64,000 nucleotides of DNA from a virus, in IMG/VR virus record IMGVR_UViG_3300046323_000234. One strand, 5' to 3'. Below the pieces are notes generated by a model, which worked only from the letters and a program-made list of their open reading frames with translations, made no database searches and had not been told where the DNA came from. Each line of letters opens with the position of its first letter. Position 1 is the first letter of the stretch. Position numbers and translations under genes: made by a program. Of this stretch, positions 59,428 to 64,000 are shown one piece after another.

Positions 59428-60942
59428 ATGAGTTTAACCGTATTCTTCAGTTCGCATCTATCCAAAAATGATAATGAAGATTTTAAACAACATGTAAAGA
59501 AAACATGTGGTGTTAATAATGTAGAGATTATCTGTTTTGAAAATAAAAATGAATATTCATTAACGCAAGCATATAACATTGGATTAAACCAATCCAAAAA
59601 CGATATTGTTGTATTCGTACATAATGATATTATATTTGAAACTCAGAATTGGGGAAAGAAAATATTAAATCATTTTAAAGAATCCAATCATGGTATTCTT
59701 GGTGTTGCTGGCACAACCGATCTAATAAATGGTCAATGGTGGGCGAGTAGAGAAAGAATGATTGGTATTGTAAATCATATTCATGATGGTAAAAAGGCTG
59801 AAAGTAAATATTCAAATTCATTCGGTGATAAAGTAATTGATGTTGTCACTATTGATGGTTTATTTATTGCTGTTAATAAACCAAAGTTAAAAGTAACATT
59901 TTATGAACGTTTTGAGGGATTTCACTTTTATGATATTCCTTTTTGTGTGGGTAATAAAGTAATGGGTGTTGAGATTGGTGTTATATTTGATGTTAGATTA
60001 ACACATAAGTCAGTTGGCCAAACCAATCAAAAATGGGAAGATAATAAATTAAAGTTTGAAGAATTATTTAAAGACTTCCTACCACTCCAAATAAAGGTTG
60101 ATAAGATTGAGATTCCAAATAAGGAATTACAAATCAAATCCAAATATCTTCCAAATCTAACAGTAGTTATTCCAACAAAAGATAATTTAAATATTTTATT
60201 TAATTGTATTAATTCCATTTTAAATAAAACCGAATATCGAAATTATGATATTATAATAGCTGATACTGGAAGTACTGATGAGAATATAAAAGAGATTCAA
60301 GAGTTTATTAAGAAATCTAATAAGATTAGATTGATTAGATATGACTATTATAATTTCGCAAAAATAAATAATGATGTTGTTAAGAATTATGTTTTGGATA
60401 AAACCAATCTATTGTTGTTCTGCAACAACGATATTCAGCTTCTAAACGATGCAATTACCAGATGTGTTGATATCTACCTAAAGAACGAAAGAACGTGTGG
60501 CACAGTGGGAATTAGACTACATTATGGTGATAATTCAATCCAACATTCTGGAATACTTGCATATGCAGACCAACAAGGAAGGGTTGGGTTATCACATATT
60601 GGACTTAGATCATATTATAATTATATAAATGAAGTTAGAACCAATACCTTTGGTAATACTGGTGCATTTTTAATGATAAATAAAAATCTATTTGATAAGA
60701 TTGGTGGTTTTAATGAAAATTATATTGAATGCCTTGAAGATGTTGAATTGAATTGTCAATGTATTATTCAAGGAAAACAAAATATATTTGTTGGAAATGC
60801 TGTAGCATATCACTTTGAATCATTAACAAGAAATTTGGACACAAACAAGAATCAAAAAATGAATGAAGACTTTAATAAAAATCTTGCACCATTTTTAAAT
60901 GAAAATATTGAAAAAATTAAAAAATATATAAAATTTATTTGA
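59428..60942 (+). CDS. Two-domain GT2 glycosyltransferase
   Basis: AYNIGL..VFVHNDI, IDGLF, GFHFYD; second domain VVIPTKD, IADTGSTD, FCNNDI, TGAFLMI, GGFNE, EDVEL. Confidence 0.9.
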   Translation: MSLTVFFSSHLSKNDNEDFKQHVKKTCGVNNVEIICFENKNEYSLTQAYNIGLNQSKNDIVVFVHNDIIFETQNWGKKILNHFKESNHGILGVAGTTDLINGQWWASRERMIGIVNHIHDGKKAESKYSNSFGDKVIDVVTIDGLFIAVNKPKLKVTFYERFEGFHFYDIPFCVGNKVMGVEIGVIFDVRLTHKSVGQTNQKWEDNKLKFEELFKDFLPLQIKVDKIEIPNKELQIKSKYLPNLTVVIPTKDNLNILFNCINSILNKTEYRNYDIIIADTGSTDENIKEIQEFIKKSNKIRLIRYDYYNFAKINNDVVKNYVLDKTNLLLFCNNDIQLLNDAITRCVDIYLKNERTCGTVGIRLHYGDNSIQHSGILAYADQQGRVGLSHIGLRSYYNYINEVRTNTFGNTGAFLMINKNLFDKIGGFNENYIECLEDVELNCQCIIQGKQNIFVGNAVAYHFESLTRNLDTNKNQKMNEDFNKNLAPFLNENIEKIKKYIKFI

Positions 60943-60946
60943 TTAG

Positions 60947-61942
60947 ATGAGTAATAATAAAGTGGCATTAATAACTGGAATAAATGGCCAAGATGGATCA
61001 TATCTTGCTGAACTATTATTGGAGAAAGGATATGAAGTCTGGGGAACATTAAAAAGAAATTCAGTTGCTGAAACACAAACAACAAGAATTGAACATATTA
61101 GGGAACAACTAAAACTCGAATACGCAGATATGACAGATATTAGCTCTTTAATTAGAGTTATTCAAATGTCAAAACCTGATGAGATATATAATCTAGCTGC
61201 ACAAAGCCATGTTAGAATATCGTTTGATCAACCAATTTATACAGCAAATGTAACAGCATTAGGAACACTTAATTTATTGGAGGCTATTAGATTGACTGAT
61301 GTAAATATTAAAATGTATCAAGCAAGCTCTAGTGAAATGTTTGGTAATAGTATTGATGCTGATGGATTTCAGAGAGAAACAACACCACTTAATCCAGTAT
61401 CGCCATATGGATGTTCAAAAGTATTTTCTTATAATATTATAAATAATTATAGAAAATCATATGGATTAAAAGTGTGGAACGGAATACTTTTCAACCACGA
61501 AAGTCCACGTAGAGGTACAAATTTTGTAACAAATAAAGTAGTAAAACAAGCTGTAAGAATTAAGTTAGGATTGGAGAAAGATTTATATTTGGGTAATTTA
61601 GATGCGACAAGAGATTGGGGTCACGCAAAAGATTATGTAGATGCGATGTGGGTGATGTTACAAACCGATGAACCAGATAATTATGTTTGTTCAACTGGTA
61701 TATCACATTCAGTTAGAGATTTATGTGAATACACGTTTAGTAAATTGGGATTAGATTATAAAGATTATATTAAAATGGATGAAAAATTCCTACGTCCAGA
61801 AGAATTACATAATCTAAAGGGTGATTCAACAAAAATGAGAACAAAATTAGGATGGAAACCAACATATACATTTGAAACAATGTTGGACGAAATGATTCAA
61901 TATTGGTTGGATTATTATAGTAACCAATCCAATCCAAAATAA
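60947..61942 (+). CDS. gmd: GDP-mannose 4,6-dehydratase
   Basis: ALITGINGQDGSYLAE, YNLAAQSHV, QASSSEMFG, SPYGCSK, GILFNHESPRRG, LGNLDATRDWGHA. Confidence 0.97.
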   Translation: MSNNKVALITGINGQDGSYLAELLLEKGYEVWGTLKRNSVAETQTTRIEHIREQLKLEYADMTDISSLIRVIQMSKPDEIYNLAAQSHVRISFDQPIYTANVTALGTLNLLEAIRLTDVNIKMYQASSSEMFGNSIDADGFQRETTPLNPVSPYGCSKVFSYNIINNYRKSYGLKVWNGILFNHESPRRGTNFVTNKVVKQAVRIKLGLEKDLYLGNLDATRDWGHAKDYVDAMWVMLQTDEPDNYVCSTGISHSVRDLCEYTFSKLGLDYKDYIKMDEKFLRPEELHNLKGDSTKMRTKLGWKPTYTFETMLDEMIQYWLDYYSNQSNPK

Positions 61943-61964
61943 TTAATATAAAAATATATACACA

Positions 61965-62255
61965 ATGGAAAAATGGAATTATGAAGTCCCAGAATCGATG
62001 CTGGAACAATTATTGGATACTGCTCAATCAGATTGGAATCAAACAATAATGGGATATTTTAATCAATTATCTGATGGAATAATTGGTGAAAAAGTAATTA
62101 AAGTACCTAATAAATTTAAGAAATTAATAAATAGTTTAGAATATTACGATAGAGAATCTAATGAGATTGCTAATAGATTTATTGTTATTTTTATTGATTC
62201 TAATGAAGATATTATATATGTTGGTGAAAATAAATTAGAAATATTAAATTATTAA
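61965..62255 (+). CDS. Hypothetical protein
   Basis: ORF in operon context. Confidence 0.55.
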   Translation: MEKWNYEVPESMLEQLLDTAQSDWNQTIMGYFNQLSDGIIGEKVIKVPNKFKKLINSLEYYDRESNEIANRFIVIFIDSNEDIIYVGENKLEILNY

Positions 62256-62260
62256 AATAT

Positions 62261-63067
62261 ATGAGTAAAGGAATATTAAGTTTTACAAATCTAGGTACAT
62301 ATGGACACTTAGGTAATCAGTTATATCAAATAGCATCAACAATCGGTATTGCAATGGAGAATGAAATGAATTATATGTTTCCAACATGGAAGTATGATAA
62401 ATTCTTTAAAAATCCAATTCCACAAATGAATATTGATGAATTAAAAGCAATAAAGGGTGAGTATATTGATAGAGAAGGGCCACATCATTATAAACCGTTA
62501 TTAATTCTTGAGAATGAAAAGAATTGGGATATTGGTGGATATTTACAAACTGAAAAATATTTTGACAGTAATAGAGAAGCTGTATTAAATTATTTTGAAT
62601 TTAAGGATGAATATATTGATTATCTAAGAGGTAAATATGGAAATTTATTAAATAGGGAAAATGTATGTTCACTACACGTAAGAAGAGGTGATTATTTAAA
62701 TGCACCAGCATATCATCCAACTTGTACAATGAATTATTATAATAATGCAATATCACATTTTCCAGAAGATACAACGTTTTTAGTATTTACAAATGATATT
62801 CCTTGGTGTGTTGCAAATTTTAATAGACCAAACTTTATAATTATTGATGAATGCGATAAATCAAATAATGGTGATGTAATGATGGAATTTATGTTAATGT
62901 CATTATGTAAAAATAATATAACAGCAAATAGTACATTTTCACTATGGGCTTCCATATTGAATAAAAACGAAAATAAGAAAGTAATATGTCCTTCGGTTTG
63001 GTTTGGGCCAGCAATGCCTGGGGTTATATTGTCGGATATGTATCCTAAAAATTCAATTGTACTATGA
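62261..63067 (+). CDS. GT11 alpha-1,2-fucosyltransferase
   Basis: GHLGNQLYQ, GYLQTEKYF, LHVRRGDY, NSTFSLWAS, ICPSVWF. Confidence 0.92.
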   Translation: MSKGILSFTNLGTYGHLGNQLYQIASTIGIAMENEMNYMFPTWKYDKFFKNPIPQMNIDELKAIKGEYIDREGPHHYKPLLILENEKNWDIGGYLQTEKYFDSNREAVLNYFEFKDEYIDYLRGKYGNLLNRENVCSLHVRRGDYLNAPAYHPTCTMNYYNNAISHFPEDTTFLVFTNDIPWCVANFNRPNFIIIDECDKSNNGDVMMEFMLMSLCKNNITANSTFSLWASILNKNENKKVICPSVWFGPAMPGVILSDMYPKNSIVL

Positions 63068-63927
63068 GAAATAGTGTAGTATCTGGTGTTTGGTTTAATC
63101 TAAAAAATAGAGTAGATGAATATATTAATGTTTTAAAAACATATTATTCAGATTGTGATCACTATATTGGAATTAATCCATGTTCTGAACAAGAATATTT
63201 GATTGAGAGATTAAATCAATCCAATCTAATATTTACTTACGGAATTGTACCAGACCATTTAATAATTAAACAACATACCTCATCAACACAATTGGGTATT
63301 AAATTATTAATTGATTCAAAGAAAGAATATAATATAACACATTTTTTACATAGTAAAGGCTCATCATATAATGATTATCACTATGGTAGAGCATTTAATG
63401 AATATATTGTTGAATATTCAATGAAAAAGAAAGCCATTGAACAATTCTTGGATAATAATTTAAATTATGGTGCATTTGCTGATTATGGTGGAATTCAGAT
63501 GCAATGGTTCATTAGAGAAGGTATTAATAAATCAGATTTAAAAAGACCTTTTGAAAATGTAACAGATACGGCAGCAAGTAATTTATTAAATTATAAAAAA
63601 CCATTGGAAGTACATACCAATTTGGATTTAGGTGAATTTTATAATTTTAAATATATGCCACTTAGAACCCAATTTTTGGTTGGGGTATATTCATTTAAAT
63701 TTTTTATTATAAAAGAATTTTTTGAAGCAACATATAAAGATATATTAGAAAGAAATTTAATAACCGATCTAAAATTCGATATATATTTTTTTGAGACACA
63801 TATTGCCCAACTATCATGTAGAATGGGATATTTAAGAAAAATTAACAATTATTGGAATATTAGTTTTGGTGATAAAGAACTGGAACAAACAGTAATTGAT
63901 TTATATAAAACGGAAAACAATTTATGA
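63064..63927 (+). CDS. Glycan-synthesis-associated hypothetical protein
   Basis: FLHSKG motif as in RgpF-like proteins; located in the glycosylation cluster. Confidence 0.45.
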   Translation: MRNSVVSGVWFNLKNRVDEYINVLKTYYSDCDHYIGINPCSEQEYLIERLNQSNLIFTYGIVPDHLIIKQHTSSTQLGIKLLIDSKKEYNITHFLHSKGSSYNDYHYGRAFNEYIVEYSMKKKAIEQFLDNNLNYGAFADYGGIQMQWFIREGINKSDLKRPFENVTDTAASNLLNYKKPLEVHTNLDLGEFYNFKYMPLRTQFLVGVYSFKFFIIKEFFEATYKDILERNLITDLKFDIYFFETHIAQLSCRMGYLRKINNYWNISFGDKELEQTVIDLYKTENNL

Positions 63928-64000
63928 TATTAGATAAACTAGCCATTAAATATAATACAGATAAATCATCATTAGATCATGATTATATTAAGCATTATTC
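63924..64000 (+). CDS. Partial ORF, probable sugar O-methyltransferase
   Basis: MILDKLAIKYNTDKSSLDHDYIKHY (TDK...HxY..Y N-terminus); runs off the window. Confidence 0.5.
   Translation, partial: MILDKLAIKYNTDKSSLDHDYIKHY

Noticed and set aside
3663-63848. Many short antisense or nested ORFs in the track (e.g. 7192..7539, 14238..14762, 24983..25342, 33763..34230)
   Set aside because: They overlap well-supported genes on the opposite strand or another frame and have no motifs
1-64000. Stop-codon reassignment as in some Bacteroidota megaphages
   Set aside because: Long conserved genes are intact and densely packed under the standard code
1-64000. tRNA or rRNA genes
   Set aside because: No GC-rich cloverleaf or rRNA-like segment seen; intergenic regions are short and AT-rich (tRNAscan-SE would confirm)

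Overview
Very AT-rich 64 kb segment of a large contractile-tailed (jumbo myovirus-like) bacteriophage, probably infecting Bacteroidota (TAnnTTTG-type promoter elements, a Bacteroidota-style lipoprotein, A-rich translation starts). Standard genetic code. The minus strand carries mostly replication, recombination and metabolic genes: a fused SbcD/SbcC (Mre11-Rad50) running off the left edge, ECF-type sigma, primase, ThyX, MazG-like pyrophosphatase, AAA/vWA/MoxR trio, nucleotidyltransferase, PD-(D/E)XK nuclease, gp55-like late sigma, glycosyltransferases, ClpP, PhoH and GMP reductase/IMPDH. The plus strand carries tail genes (sheath, tube, fibre-like proteins, chaperone pair with a -1 slippery site, tape measure, baseplate), a Hef-like homing endonuclease, a solo TnpB and a gmd/GT11/GT2 glycosylation cluster, mostly behind a conserved (A)CTATTTAT late-promoter motif. 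The most unusual signal is about 30 small minus-strand genes, in about 11 clusters between core genes, sharing a ~20-aa module C-x-Y-[ILV]-x-x-I-x3/4-I-x3-L-x3-E joined to highly variable bodies. One member's 3' end runs into a CRISPR-like mini-array of 36-nt hairpin repeats. All assignments come from reading motifs by eye; no searches were run.
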